A DNA stretch of 26,543 bases from Spirochaetia bacterium (GCA_963662265.2 CAXXHA010000021.1:1-26543), one strand, 5' to 3'; counted from the first letter of the stretch, positions 9,259 to 19,646 are shown. Made by a program: numbers and translations. Notes: a model not told the origin generated them from the sequence alone.

Positions 9259-11691
9259 TTATTCTTCGTCTTTTTTTATTTTTGCAATACTTATAAGGAA
9301 ATCCGGTTTAACAATATTAAGAACCCTTACTCCGGAAGCATTTTTACCCTGCTGTGAAATGCTTTCGACATCAAGCTTTATAGTACTTCCCAGAGAAGAG
9401 ATACACATTAGCTCATCATTGTCATTCACATTAAGAACTCCAATAATTTCACCGGTTTTATCGCTTGTCTTATAAGCAATCTGCCCCTTGGTTCTTGTAC
9501 CGTGCGGCTGAAAAAGCTGGTAATCAATCCTCTTTCCATAACCGTATTCAGTAACAATCAGGATTTTTTCATCTTCATTTATTGAAAGAACTCCTGCTAC
9601 CTCATCATCATTTCTAAGCTTCATACCGGTTACACCTTTCGATGTACGACCAGAAGGTCTTATATTGCTTTCATTATACCTCAACGCATTACCTTTCTTG
9701 GAAATAATTACAATATCATTATCCCCATCTGTTATAATGGCATTTGAAAGCCTGTCTCCCTCTTTCAGCCCTATAGCTCTTATGCCTCGTGTTTTGGCGT
9801 TTCTGAATGAATCAAGTGTAACTTTTTTCACAAGTCCGCTCACAGTTCCCATGAAAAGGTATTTATCATCAGTAAATTCATCCATTGCCATAACTGCTGT
9901 TATATCTTCGTTCGGAGAAATAGCAAAAAGAGTCCTTACAAGAGTTCCTCTCGAGTTTTTGGAAGCTTCAGGTATTTCATGCACTTTAAGCCAGAAAGCC
10001 TTGCCTTCACTTGTTATAAACAGAATTATATCGTGTGTGGAAGCTACAAAGAGATGTTCTACAAAGTCCTCATTCTTGAGCTTGGCAGAAGAAGATCCTT
10101 TTCCGCCCCTTCCCTGGTTCTTGTATGATGATACTGGAATTCTCTTGATAAATCCCTTGCTTGAAAGGAGAACAACCATATCCTCTTTCTGGATCATGTC
10201 CTCAATATTAATTTCCTCAATTTCATCAGGAATAATATCTGTTGTTCTGTCCCCGCCGTATTTATCATTGATTTTAAGAGTTTCCTCTTTAATAAGTGCA
10301 TATATTTTCTCTTCATGAGCAAGAAGATCTTTGCAGTAAGCAATAAACGCCATTACTTCTTCAAGTTCATCAAGAATTTTCTTTGTTTCAAGGCTTGTAA
10401 TTTTCTGAAGCCTCATATCAAGAATTGCCTGGGCCTGTTTCTCGGAGAAATCAAACCTCTTTATGAGAGAAGTTCTTGCCTCATCAACACTCTTTGATTC
10501 CTTGATAATTTTTATAACTTCATCAATATTTTCAAGAGCTATTTTCAGACCCAGAAGAATATGGGCTCTTTCCTCAGCTTTTCTTAAATCAAACCGGGTT
10601 CTTCTTGTAATTACTTCAAGCCTGTGGGCTATGAATATTTCAAGCTGCTCTTTAAGCGGCAGCAGTTTTGGCATACCCTTAACAAGAGCGAGGTTGTTGA
10701 CATTGAAATTCTGCTGAAGGCTTGTATGATTGAAAAGCTGGTTTAATATTACTTTTGGAATAACACCCCGTTTCAGCTCTATTACAATTCTCATACCGTC
10801 ACGGTCAGACTCATCCCTTAAGTCACTGATACCTTCTATTTTCTTGTTCTTAACAAGATCTGCTATCTTTATAATAAGATTACTCTTATTAACCATGTAT
10901 GGTATTTCTGTAACTATAATCCTGTCTTTACCGGATTTTGTTGTCTCAAGAGTAAATTTGGATCTTACAGTTATCTTTCCCCTTCCGGTAGAAAAAGCAT
11001 CTCTTATCCCTTTCTTACCGAAAATTATTCCCCCTGTAGGAAAATCAGGACCTGAGATATAATTCATAAGCTCTTTTAGCTCTATATCAGGATTATCAAT
11101 AACAGCAGCAATAGCATTGCAGACCTCTGTAAGGTTGTGAGGAGCCATATTTGTAGCCATACCTACAGCAATACCGCTTGCACCGTTTAAAAGAAGGTTT
11201 GGAAGCGCTGTGGGAAGAACAAGAGGCTCTTTCATTGAGTCATCATAGTTGGGACCGAAATCAACAGTATCTTTCTTTATATCCCTTAAGATTTCCTCAC
11301 TGATTTTCTCCATTTTAGCTTCTGTATATCGCATGGCTGCAGGAGGATCGCCGTCGACAGAACCGAAGTTACCCTGTCCTTTGACAAGCGGATATCTCAT
11401 AGAGAAATTCTGGGCAAGTCTTACAAGAGCATCATATATAGACTGGTCTCCATGCGGATGGTACTTACCAAGTACATCACCTACAATTCTACCGCACTTT
11501 TTATAGTCCCTCTCATAATGCAGACCCATTTCACTCATAGCATAGAGTATTCTCCTGTGAACCGGTTTTAGACCATCCCTTGCATCGGGAAGAGCCCGGC
11601 TCACAATAACACTCATTGCATAAGTCAAATAGGATTCTTTTATTTCATCTTCTACTGAAACAGGAATTACCCTGCCTGTCATATCACTCAA
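9259..11691 (-). CDS. gyrA: DNA gyrase subunit A
   Basis: [22 protein letters not shown], catalytic AAMRYTE and GyrA-box QGRGGKG (so gyrase, not ParC). TTG start with a GGAG RBS. Confidence 0.97.
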   Translation of the reverse strand: MSDMTGRVIPVSVEDEIKESYLTYAMSVIVSRALPDARDGLKPVHRRILYAMSEMGLHYERDYKKCGRIVGDVLGKYHPHGDQSIYDALVRLAQNFSMRYPLVKGQGNFGSVDGDPPAAMRYTEAKMEKISEEILRDIKKDTVDFGPNYDDSMKEPLVLPTALPNLLLNGASGIAVGMATNMAPHNLTEVCNAIAAVIDNPDIELKELMNYISGPDFPTGGIIFGKKGIRDAFSTGRGKITVRSKFTLETTKSGKDRIIVTEIPYMVNKSNLIIKIADLVKNKKIEGISDLRDESDRDGMRIVIELKRGVIPKVILNQLFNHTSLQQNFNVNNLALVKGMPKLLPLKEQLEIFIAHRLEVITRRTRFDLRKAEERAHILLGLKIALENIDEVIKIIKESKSVDEARTSLIKRFDFSEKQAQAILDMRLQKITSLETKKILDELEEVMAFIAYCKDLLAHEEKIYALIKEETLKINDKYGGDRTTDIIPDEIEEINIEDMIQKEDMVVLLSSKGFIKRIPVSSYKNQGRGGKGSSSAKLKNEDFVEHLFVASTHDIILFITSEGKAFWLKVHEIPEASKNSRGTLVRTLFAISPNEDITAVMAMDEFTDDKYLFMGTVSGLVKKVTLDSFRNAKTRGIRAIGLKEGDRLSNAIITDGDNDIVIISKKGNALRYNESNIRPSGRTSKGVTGMKLRNDDEVAGVLSINEDEKILIVTEYGYGKRIDYQLFQPHGTRTKGQIAYKTSDKTGEIIGVLNVNDNDELMCISSLGSTIKLDVESISQQGKNASGVRVLNIVKPDFLISIAKIKKDEE

Positions 11692-11806
11692 AATCAGCTC
11701 CTGCTTTTAATAATGATATTTATTACTGATAATTTTATATCATTCACATTTAAATCATTGTTCACTAAATGAACAATGACATTCATGCTTAATTATTTAA
11801 TCTAAT

Positions 11807-13726
11807 TTATACATCAAGGTTTGTTACAGAAAGAGCATTATCCTCGATAAACTTTCTCCTGGGTTCAACATGTTCACCCATAAGAGTTGTAAACATCTCA
11901 TCAGCATCTACAAAATCTTCAAGTTTTATCTGAATAATGCTTCTTGTTTCAGGATTCATGGTTGTTTCCCAGAGCTGCTCCGGATTCATCTCACCAAGAC
12001 CCTTATATCTCTGTACACTTATTTTTTCCTCTTTAACATTAAGCTCTTCCCGGAATTCCTTCAGAGCCTCGTTTTTACCCGCTTCATCATAAGCATACCT
12101 GACTTTCTTGCTGTAACTTATTTTAAAAAGAGGAGGCATTGCTATATAAATATTTCCCTTCTCAATAAGATCCCTCATATATCTGAAAAAGAAAGTCAGA
12201 AGAAGTGTACGGATATGAGAACCGTCAACATCGGCATCCGCCATTATTATAATTTTATGATACCTGAGCTTGCTGATATCAAATTCATTACCAACATTCG
12301 TACCCAGGGTATTTATAATTGGCAGAAGCTTCTCATTTGAAACAACCTTGTCAATTCTTGTCTTTTCAACATTAAGCATCTTACCCCAGAGAGGAAGAAT
12401 TGCCTGAAACTGCCTGTCTCTTCCCTGCTTTGCGCTTCCTCCCGCAGAGTCTCCCTCTACGATATATACCTCGCAAAGTTCAGGATTCTTTTCAGCACAG
12501 TCGGCAAGCTTTCCAGGCATGCTTGTGCTTTCGAGAAAATTCTTTCTCCTGGTTAATTCACGTGCCTTTCTTGCTGCAATTCTCGCCCTGGCTGCATTAA
12601 CAGTCTTATCAAGTATCTTTTCAATTGTTTTAGGATGTTCTTCAAAATATGTTGTAAGTTCCTCGTTTACAAGCGATTCTACAATACCTTTTACATCTGA
12701 GTTACCAAGCTTGCCTTTTGTCTGTCCTTCAAACTGGGGTTCTGGTATTTTTATAGAAATTACACCTGTAAGTCCTTCCCTTACATCCTCTCCGGAGAGA
12801 TTTTCATCCATTTTTTTCGAAAATTTGGATCTTTTGAGGAAATCATTAAAAACCCGGGTTAAAGCAGCTTTTAAACCAGCAAGATGTGTACCGCCTTCTT
12901 TTGTATTGATATTGTTTACAAAAGAGAAAATATTTTCTGTATACCCGTCATTGTATTCAAGCGCAACTTCTATTTCAGAATCTTCTTTTATCCCTTCGAT
13001 ATAGATAGGCTCTTTATGAACAGGAGTCCTGTTTTTATTTAAATAACTGACAAAAGACTTAACCCCACCCTCAAAGTGGAAATTATGTTCCTTGATAGTA
13101 GGAAGCCTTGAATCCTTTATATTTATCTTTATTGATTTATTCAGAAAAGCAAGTTCTCTGAGTCTGTTTGAAAGAGTATCAAAACTGAAATTAAGTGTTT
13201 CAAATATTTCACTGTCAGGATAAAACCTTAAAACAGTACCATTTGCCTCAGTTTCTCCTATTACCTTAACTTCATCATCAGGAACACCGATTTTATAGCT
13301 CTGGTTGTGTATTTTGCCGTTTTTATGGACATTAACCTCACACCATTCACAGAGAGCATTCACTACAGATGCACCAACACCATGGAGCCCCCCGGAAACC
13401 TTGTAGCTGCCTTTATTGAATTTACCGCCCGCATGAAGTTTTGTCATAACAACTTCAAGAGCACTTACATTTTCAACTGGATGCATATCTACAGGAATAC
13501 CACGCCCATTGTCAGTAACTTTAATGACATTGCCTTTTTCTATCTCAACATTGATTTCATCACAGAATCCAGCAAGAGCTTCATCAATACTGTTATCGAC
13601 AATCTCATAAACAAGGTGGTGAAGTCCATCTATACCTGTTGATCCAATATACATACCGGGTCTTTTTCGTACAGCTTCAAGACCTTTAAGAACCTGTATA
13701 CTTTGAGCTGAGTATTTTTCTTCCAT
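11807..13726 (-). CDS. gyrB: DNA gyrase subunit B (639 aa)
   Basis: [51 protein letters not shown] and RYKGLGEM. Start trimmed to MEEKYSAQ at 13726. Confidence 0.97.
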   Translation of the reverse strand: MEEKYSAQSIQVLKGLEAVRKRPGMYIGSTGIDGLHHLVYEIVDNSIDEALAGFCDEINVEIEKGNVIKVTDNGRGIPVDMHPVENVSALEVVMTKLHAGGKFNKGSYKVSGGLHGVGASVVNALCEWCEVNVHKNGKIHNQSYKIGVPDDEVKVIGETEANGTVLRFYPDSEIFETLNFSFDTLSNRLRELAFLNKSIKINIKDSRLPTIKEHNFHFEGGVKSFVSYLNKNRTPVHKEPIYIEGIKEDSEIEVALEYNDGYTENIFSFVNNINTKEGGTHLAGLKAALTRVFNDFLKRSKFSKKMDENLSGEDVREGLTGVISIKIPEPQFEGQTKGKLGNSDVKGIVESLVNEELTTYFEEHPKTIEKILDKTVNAARARIAARKARELTRRKNFLESTSMPGKLADCAEKNPELCEVYIVEGDSAGGSAKQGRDRQFQAILPLWGKMLNVEKTRIDKVVSNEKLLPIINTLGTNVGNEFDISKLRYHKIIIMADADVDGSHIRTLLLTFFFRYMRDLIEKGNIYIAMPPLFKISYSKKVRYAYDEAGKNEALKEFREELNVKEEKISVQRYKGLGEMNPEQLWETTMNPETRSIIQIKLEDFVDADEMFTTLMGEHVEPRRKFIEDNALSVTNLDV

Positions 13727-14281
13727 ACGTTTGTTTACCTGATAAAAATTATTTACAGATACCTGTATTATCTCCAGCAATAAAGAAAACAGCAGCAGTT
13801 AATTTAAACAGGGTAAATTTATCCATTATTAATCAAATTATTAATAATGATAATCCGCCCAACTGCAGTTTCTTATCAAAACTGAAAGGTTTAAAACCTT
13901 CAAAAATTATTTATTTTTCTGTTTTCCATTTAATAAAAGAGATAAAACACTTGTATCCGGTTGTTCCTGCATAAGCAGAAAACAGGACTCTTATTATACA
14001 GAAATATCCAGTTTATGTCAGAATTATTTATAAAAAAGATATCTGAAATAAATTTTTATTATACAGGAAAGTAATAATAAACCATTCAACACCGGATAAA
14101 ATAATACATGCAAGTAAAAAATGATGTTATACCTGGTATATAAGACCTTTCCATATATATACTGATAAGTGAATAAATCCATATACTGGAAGTATTTCCA
14201 CTGTTAAGTATTACAACAAAACATAAGGATATTTCATAAAGGTTCCTGATATCAAATACTGGAAAAGTATATATTTTTATC

Positions 14282-14310
14282 TTGCAAATAGCAACTCTTT
14301 GATTTAAACT
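14282..14310 (+). promoter_or_regulatory. Putative sigma70 promoter of dnaA
   Basis: TTGCAA-17 nt-TAAACT. Confidence 0.55.
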
Positions 14311-14364
14311 TTACCAATCCTTTATATGTTATTAAAAAACTCTTGTACAGGGATTAAATATACA

Positions 14365-14384
14365 TGTTAATAACTTGTGGATAA
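14365..14384 (-). promoter_or_regulatory. Tandem DnaA-box pair upstream of dnaA
   Basis: TGTTAATAA (14365) plus the perfect TGTGGATAA (14376), the reverse complement of TTATCCACA. Confidence 0.85.
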
Positions 14385-14564
14385 ATTCTTGAAAACTTAT
14401 TGTATATTATTTTTTTTTTATATAATATTATTTCTGCACTAAAAACACATCATTTTTTATTACTTATTACTTGCAGCATAAAGATTTATTTGATTTGAGC
14501 TTTGTAAATTTAATTTTTTTGAAAAAAATATTTCATTATTTTACGTCTGCTTGATTTATGCTCT

Positions 14565-14584
14565 TGTGGATAAATTGTTAATAA
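14565..14584 (-). promoter_or_regulatory. Tandem DnaA-box pair just upstream of the dnaA RBS
   Basis: Perfect TGTGGATAA (14565) plus TGTTAATAA (14576); GGAG RBS at 14590. Confidence 0.85.
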
Positions 14585-14599
14585 CTTACGGAGAAAAGA

Positions 14600-16000
14600 A
14601 TGGAATCATGGAATTACGAAATATTCTGGAAAGAAACTGAGAATATTCTGAAATCATCACTTTCTAAAGAAGAATATTCGATGTGGTTTAATAATATAAG
14701 CTATTCAGCATCTTCAGAAAACAATATAACACTTACAGTTCCTTCAAATTTCTTCATGGACCAGATAAAACAGCGGTATATGTCAAGAATATCACAAATA
14801 CTTGAGGAACTCTCAGGCAGCAGTATATCTGTTTCTTTTGAAGTTATTAAGAAAACAGTAAATAACATGGAAAAATCAGCTTCAAAAACTTCATCATCAG
14901 ATACACATAATTCTGTAAATAATACAAAGAAAGAGGCTCTTGACAGTATAACAGGAAAAATAACACCTAAAATACATCCGGATTTAAGAGAAGACTATAC
15001 TTTTGAAAACTTCATTATAGGGGAAAACAATTCATTTGCCGCAAACGCAGCTCTTGCAATAGCAAATAACCCGGGAAGAGCATACAACCCTTTTCTCATA
15101 TACGGCGGTGTAGGACTGGGAAAAACACACCTTCTCCAGGCAATAGGGCACTCGATATACAGGAAAGATGATTTAAACAAGAAAATAGTATTTGTTACAG
15201 CAGAAACATTTACAAATGAATTTGTAAACTCACTTCATAAGAAAAATACAAACTATTTTAAAAATAAATACAGATCTGTTGATCTTCTTCTTATTGATGA
15301 TATCCACTTCTTTCAGAACAAGGAAGGTCTGCAGGAGGAGCTGTTTCATACATTCAATGCTCTCTACGGCTCAAAGAAACAGATGGTATTCACATGTGAC
15401 CGTCCTGTATCAGAGCTTAAAAATATTACAGACAGAATGAAAAGCAGATTTGAGATGGGACTCAATGTTGACCTTAAGCCGCCAAATTTCGAAACAAGAT
15501 TTGCCATATTAAAGAAGAAAGTTGAATCAATGAATACATCTATCTCTGATGATATAGTTGAACTGATTGCGCAGAATGTAACTTCAAATGTAAGAGATAT
15601 TGAATCAGCACTCACAAAACTTGTCGCATATGCAGAACTTGTAAACAAGAAACTCACAAAAGAAATTGCACAGCAGCAGCTTGTAGATGTATTTTCAAAT
15701 TTCAAACACACAAATGTATCTGTTGATATTATACAGAAAAGAGTTGCCGAATACTTTAATCTTTCACATATAGATCTTAAAGGGAGAAAAAGGACAAAGG
15801 CTATAGCATTTCCCCGCCAGATAGCAATGTATATAGCAAGGGAGTTAACTGAGTATTCAACTACAGAAATAGGATCTGAATTCGGAGGAAGAGACCACAC
15901 AACAGTAATGCATGCTATACAGAAAATTGAAGGCAGTCTAAAATCAGATCCGACTCTTGAACCTATAATTCATAATATTATAAGGCTGGTTAAGGAATAA
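14600..16000 (+). CDS. dnaA: Chromosomal replication initiator DnaA
   Basis: YTFENF, YNPFLIYGGVGLGKTHL, LLIDDI, QEELFHTFN, and domain IV RQIAMY / GGRDHTTVMHA. Confidence 0.98.
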   Translation: MESWNYEIFWKETENILKSSLSKEEYSMWFNNISYSASSENNITLTVPSNFFMDQIKQRYMSRISQILEELSGSSISVSFEVIKKTVNNMEKSASKTSSSDTHNSVNNTKKEALDSITGKITPKIHPDLREDYTFENFIIGENNSFAANAALAIANNPGRAYNPFLIYGGVGLGKTHLLQAIGHSIYRKDDLNKKIVFVTAETFTNEFVNSLHKKNTNYFKNKYRSVDLLLIDDIHFFQNKEGLQEELFHTFNALYGSKKQMVFTCDRPVSELKNITDRMKSRFEMGLNVDLKPPNFETRFAILKKKVESMNTSISDDIVELIAQNVTSNVRDIESALTKLVAYAELVNKKLTKEIAQQQLVDVFSNFKHTNVSVDIIQKRVAEYFNLSHIDLKGRKRTKAIAFPRQIAMYIARELTEYSTTEIGSEFGGRDHTTVMHAIQKIEGSLKSDPTLEPIIHNIIRLVKE

Positions 16001-16300
16001 GCATTAATTTCAAATTTCAGTTATGTGTAATATAAAAAGTTATTAACATCTGTTGATAAACTTATTCTCTTTTATAAAAAAAACATGTTAATAAATTCAC
16101 TTATGACTGATATAATACATTATTACTGTTGATAACATGAATAAGTTGTGTAAAAACAGTTTCAGTTATTAACATGCTTAAATATTGGTAATATAAGCAA
16201 ATAATATAGTTATACACATATTAGATGTACTTATTATTATAATTATTAAATTTATTAATTAATAATATTAGTAATAAGGATATATTAACAGTTAAAACAA
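16001..16300. other. oriC: oriC core: DnaA-box cluster and AT-rich DNA unwinding element
   Basis: Boxes TTATTAACA (16040, 16166, rc 16086), TTATCAACA (rc 16051, rc 16127) and TTATACACA (16210). These are followed by a 100% AT tract at 16231-16270 with TTA/TAA triplet periodicity. Gene orientation switches nearby. Confidence 0.85.
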
Positions 16301-16454
16301 ACAGAACATATTTTTATGTTGTATATGAATAATATGGCTTATTTAATAATAAATTTGTATTGTCAAATATTAAAAAAAGCTGCAAATTAAAGGGTATCTT
16401 TATTGGATAAAATCCATTATATTTAACCCTTATTGCGAATAACAGGAGAAAATA

Positions 16455-17556
16455 ATGAAGTTTACATGCAGTAAAAATGCTATATTAAATGAGATATCTA
16501 TAGCTCAGGATATAATTTCTTCTAAAAATTCATTGTCCATACTTTCAAATGTACTGCTTGAGGCAGATAACAATCATCTTATTATTAAAGCTACAGACCT
16601 TAAAATAGGATTTGAAACTAAAATTCCTGTTGCTGTTGAAACATCGGGAAGCACAACAGTTTTCTGTGATAAATTCCTGGGTATATTAAGATCACTTCCT
16701 GACGGGGACATTATATTTTCTCTTGAAAACCAGCGGCTTGAAATTAAATCTTCAGACAATAAAATAGATTTTCAGCTGAAAATAATTGATTCAGATAAAT
16801 TTCCAGAACTCAAGAATGTATCAGATGATATGTTTTTCAATATTTCACAGAGTGAACTGATGGAAATGATCAACCATACAATTTTTGCAGTATCTGATGA
16901 TGAAACAAGATATTTCATGAACGGTGTATATCTTGAAGAAAACGAAGGCAAGCTTACAATGGTTGCTACAGACGGAAGAAGACTTTCATCTGTGAAAAAA
17001 GACTATGAATTTAATTCAGAATCTTTCAAAGGTATTATTATTCCTGTTAAAATTCTCAACCTGATCAGAAAACTGGCATCAGGCGAGGGTGAATTCGCAA
17101 TAGCTGTATCAGATCAGAGTTTCTTTGTTAGATTTGACAATAATAAAATTTATTCAAACCTTATTGATGGTCAGTTTCCGAATTACCAGAGAGTTATTCC
17201 TGAATCACAGGATTATATAGCAATAATAAACAAGAATGATTTTCTTTCTGCACTAAAGAGGGTTTCGATCCTTGCAGAGCAGAAATCCAAGAGAGTTTTT
17301 ATAAAACTTCACCGAAGGCAGCATAGAAATATTTACCGAGGAAACAGAAATAGGTGTTGCAAGGGAATTTATAAACTGTGAATATGAAGGACCTGAAATT
17401 TCACTTGCAGTTAATTACATGTATCTGCTGGAACCTGTCAGGGTTATGGATGAGGAAGATGTTGCTGTTAAATTTACCGATTCAGGTAAGGCAATAACTA
17501 TCAATTCTGTACCTGAAAAAGATTATTTTCACATAGTAATGCCAATGCAGATATAA
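16455..17556 (+). CDS. dnaN: DNA polymerase III beta sliding clamp, interrupted by a +1 frameshift near 17303-17306 (366 aa when corrected)
   Basis: ATDL, ATDGRRL and LIDGQFPNY in the first frame. The +1 frame 17305-17556 encodes the missing C-terminus NFTEGSIEIF...EIGVAREFI...NYMYLLE...HIVMPMQI. Confidence 0.93.
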
Positions 17557-17612
17557 TAATTTTGCATATATTTAAAACTGATTTATAAGCATATTTTATT
17601 TCAGATATAAAA

Positions 17613-17669
17613 GTCCTGTGATTTTCAGCTGTAATTTTGTTAATCACAGGACATTTTTTTATTTTTTTT
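17613..17669 (+). terminator. Intrinsic terminator between dnaN and recF
   Basis: GTCCTGTGATT (17613-17623) pairs with AATCACAGGAC (17642-17652), then A-T7-A-T8. The loop is long (18 nt). Confidence 0.65.
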
Positions 17670-17796
17670 AATTATAAACACAGTATATTAAGTTCAGAGA
17701 ATATATTATGTTTTTTAATATCATTACACTGATTTACAGGTAACTGATAATGTTCAGTAAAATAAATAAAAATCAGTATAATTTTAAAGGTCTGTT

Positions 17797-18888
17797 TTGG
17801 GATTTAAATCTGTATCTTTTTACAATTTCAGAAATCTTGAAAATTCGGAAATAAACACAGAAGCAGAAAATATATGTCTTGTTGGTAAAAACGGACAGGG
17901 TAAGACAAATTTTCTAGAAGCTGTATATATTCTCTGTTACGGAAATTCTTTCAGAACAAGATATGACTCAATACTTACAAGGGAAAATGAAAACGAAATG
18001 TCTCTCAGAGGCAGGTATAATGATTATTCCAGTTTTGAGAATACAATAAGCTATGTTTTAAAAAGCAAAAAAAAAGAGATCCGGTTCAACGGAAAACAGA
18101 TAAAAGACAGAAAAGAGATTATTCATAATATACCATGCATTGTCTTTGCCCATGATGATATACAGTTTGTTAACGGAACACCTGAAAAAAGGCGGAATTT
18201 CTTCAACCAGACAATAAGTCTCTTTGATTTGTCATACCTTGATAACCTGAGAAATTATAACCGGATCCTGAAAAACCGTAATATAATGCTCAGAGAGGGT
18301 AAAGATGATTTTATATCGCTTTATGACAAACAGCTTGCTGAAACCGGTATTTCAATAATCAGAAAAAGAAAGGAAATTACTGCGGAATTCAATAAAACTT
18401 TCTCAGAAATATTTTCCAGGGTATCTGATATTGAAAACAGTATTAAAATCGTTTATAACCCTTCATGGAAAAGCGACTGTGAATATGATGAAATAATATC
18501 AAGGCTTGAAAAAAAGAGGGAATCTGAGATATCTGCCGGTACTTCGCTGTCTGGCCCTCACAGAGACAGTTTTCTTTTTTATGTAAGCAGAAAAGATTTT
18601 ACTAAAATTGCTTCAACTGGCCAGTTAAGGCTTATTTCACTTGCCTTGAAGACAGCCCAGGCAGTATTTTATAAAAATAAAACAGGAAAAAAACCTCTTG
18701 TTTTGCTCGATGATGTGCTTCTTGAACTTGATAAAACAAAGAAAATAAAGTTTATTGAATCATTTCCCGAGTATGAACAGGCATTTTTTACTTTTCTTCC
18801 TGAGGAAGAGAGTTTTTTTACAAAGGAAAATGCGGTATATTATTCAGTCAACAACGGAGTAATCAGGAAAAATGAAAAAAGCTGGTGA
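17797..18888 (+). CDS. recF: DNA replication/repair protein RecF
   Basis: NFRN, Walker A GKNGQGKTN, GPHRD, signature STGQ and Walker B LLDD; TTG start. Confidence 0.95.
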   Translation: MGFKSVSFYNFRNLENSEINTEAENICLVGKNGQGKTNFLEAVYILCYGNSFRTRYDSILTRENENEMSLRGRYNDYSSFENTISYVLKSKKKEIRFNGKQIKDRKEIIHNIPCIVFAHDDIQFVNGTPEKRRNFFNQTISLFDLSYLDNLRNYNRILKNRNIMLREGKDDFISLYDKQLAETGISIIRKRKEITAEFNKTFSEIFSRVSDIENSIKIVYNPSWKSDCEYDEIISRLEKKRESEISAGTSLSGPHRDSFLFYVSRKDFTKIASTGQLRLISLALKTAQAVFYKNKTGKKPLVLLDDVLLELDKTKKIKFIESFPEYEQAFFTFLPEEESFFTKENAVYYSVNNGVIRKNEKSW

Positions 18889-19159
18889 TTTACTTAAAAA
18901 TATATTTGAGAGTTTTAATATAAAAGAGCCAAAGGATGGGAAAACAATAACATCATCCTGGCAGGAAATAGCAGGAAAGGAACTGTCTGAACACACACGG
19001 ATCAAGGATATCAGGAAAGACACAATTTATATTGAAGCTGATCATCCCGGCTGGCTTCAGATACTTGAACTCAAGAAAAGGTCAATAATTGGCAATATAA
19101 ATGCAATATTTCCTGATAAAGGTATTACAGATATCAGAATATCACTGAAGAGGAAGTAA
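18872..19159 (+). CDS. dciA: DUF721 / DciA-family helicase-loading protein
   Basis: 95 aa overlapping the recF end; WQEIAG...HT...IYIEADHPGWLQILEL...ITDIRI pattern; conserved position after recF. Confidence 0.82.
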   Translation: MKKAGDLLKNIFESFNIKEPKDGKTITSSWQEIAGKELSEHTRIKDIRKDTIYIEADHPGWLQILELKKRSIIGNINAIFPDKGITDIRISLKRK

Positions 19160-19354
19160 TATTTAACTTATATATTTCCTGACATTATTATTTATTATTC
19201 GCAGGTCGGGTCTGATAACCTGCAGCTTGCGAAAAAACAGTACCTACCGGAACAGGTGACAAAGGTATTGTTGATTTTATAAAAACATGACAAAAAATCA
19301 TTATTATTTGTCTTTTTGCATCATCAGATTTTGTATCTTATGACATGTAATCAG

Positions 19355-19384
19355 TTGACATTGATGAATGATTTAAACTATAGT
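19355..19384 (+). promoter_or_regulatory. Putative sigma70 promoter of the rpmH operon
   Basis: TTGACA-18 nt-TATAGT. Confidence 0.55.
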
Positions 19385-19646
19385 TACATTCTGTAAATTG
19401 TTATTTTTGAAATAAATATTTAATCATCAGAATCATAAAAACAGCATTATTATTTTATTACTTCAGGTATATTGCAGTGCTTTTTATGCTGTTTTTTTAG
19501 TTTTTTGTGTTAATAGTTTATAATTTTATGCCGTATGTAACTCTGTGACATTCCGGCAATATAAATATTATGCTGATTTTATCAGCAGATTAATTTTTAA
19601 GATAAAAATCTAACAGTGTTAGAGGTCAATATAAGGAGTTTCTTAA

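Noticed and set aside
9209-13642. Chain of long plus-strand ORFs antisense to gyrA/gyrB (e.g. 9665-10318, 12519-13004)
   Set aside because: Shadow frames of conserved genes: Ser/Ile/Phe/Leu-rich, with no RBS or recognisable motifs. The MFHVKQ start at 9209 is simply a translation of parS.
13727-13780. N-terminal extensions given by the ORF track for gyrB (also lipoprotein, rbgA, yidD)
   Set aside because: Downstream ATGs match the family N-termini, signal peptide or RBS better.
16455-17556. Calling dnaN a pseudogene
   Set aside because: Essential gene at its canonical locus; both halves are intact with a single one-base lesion and no further decay.
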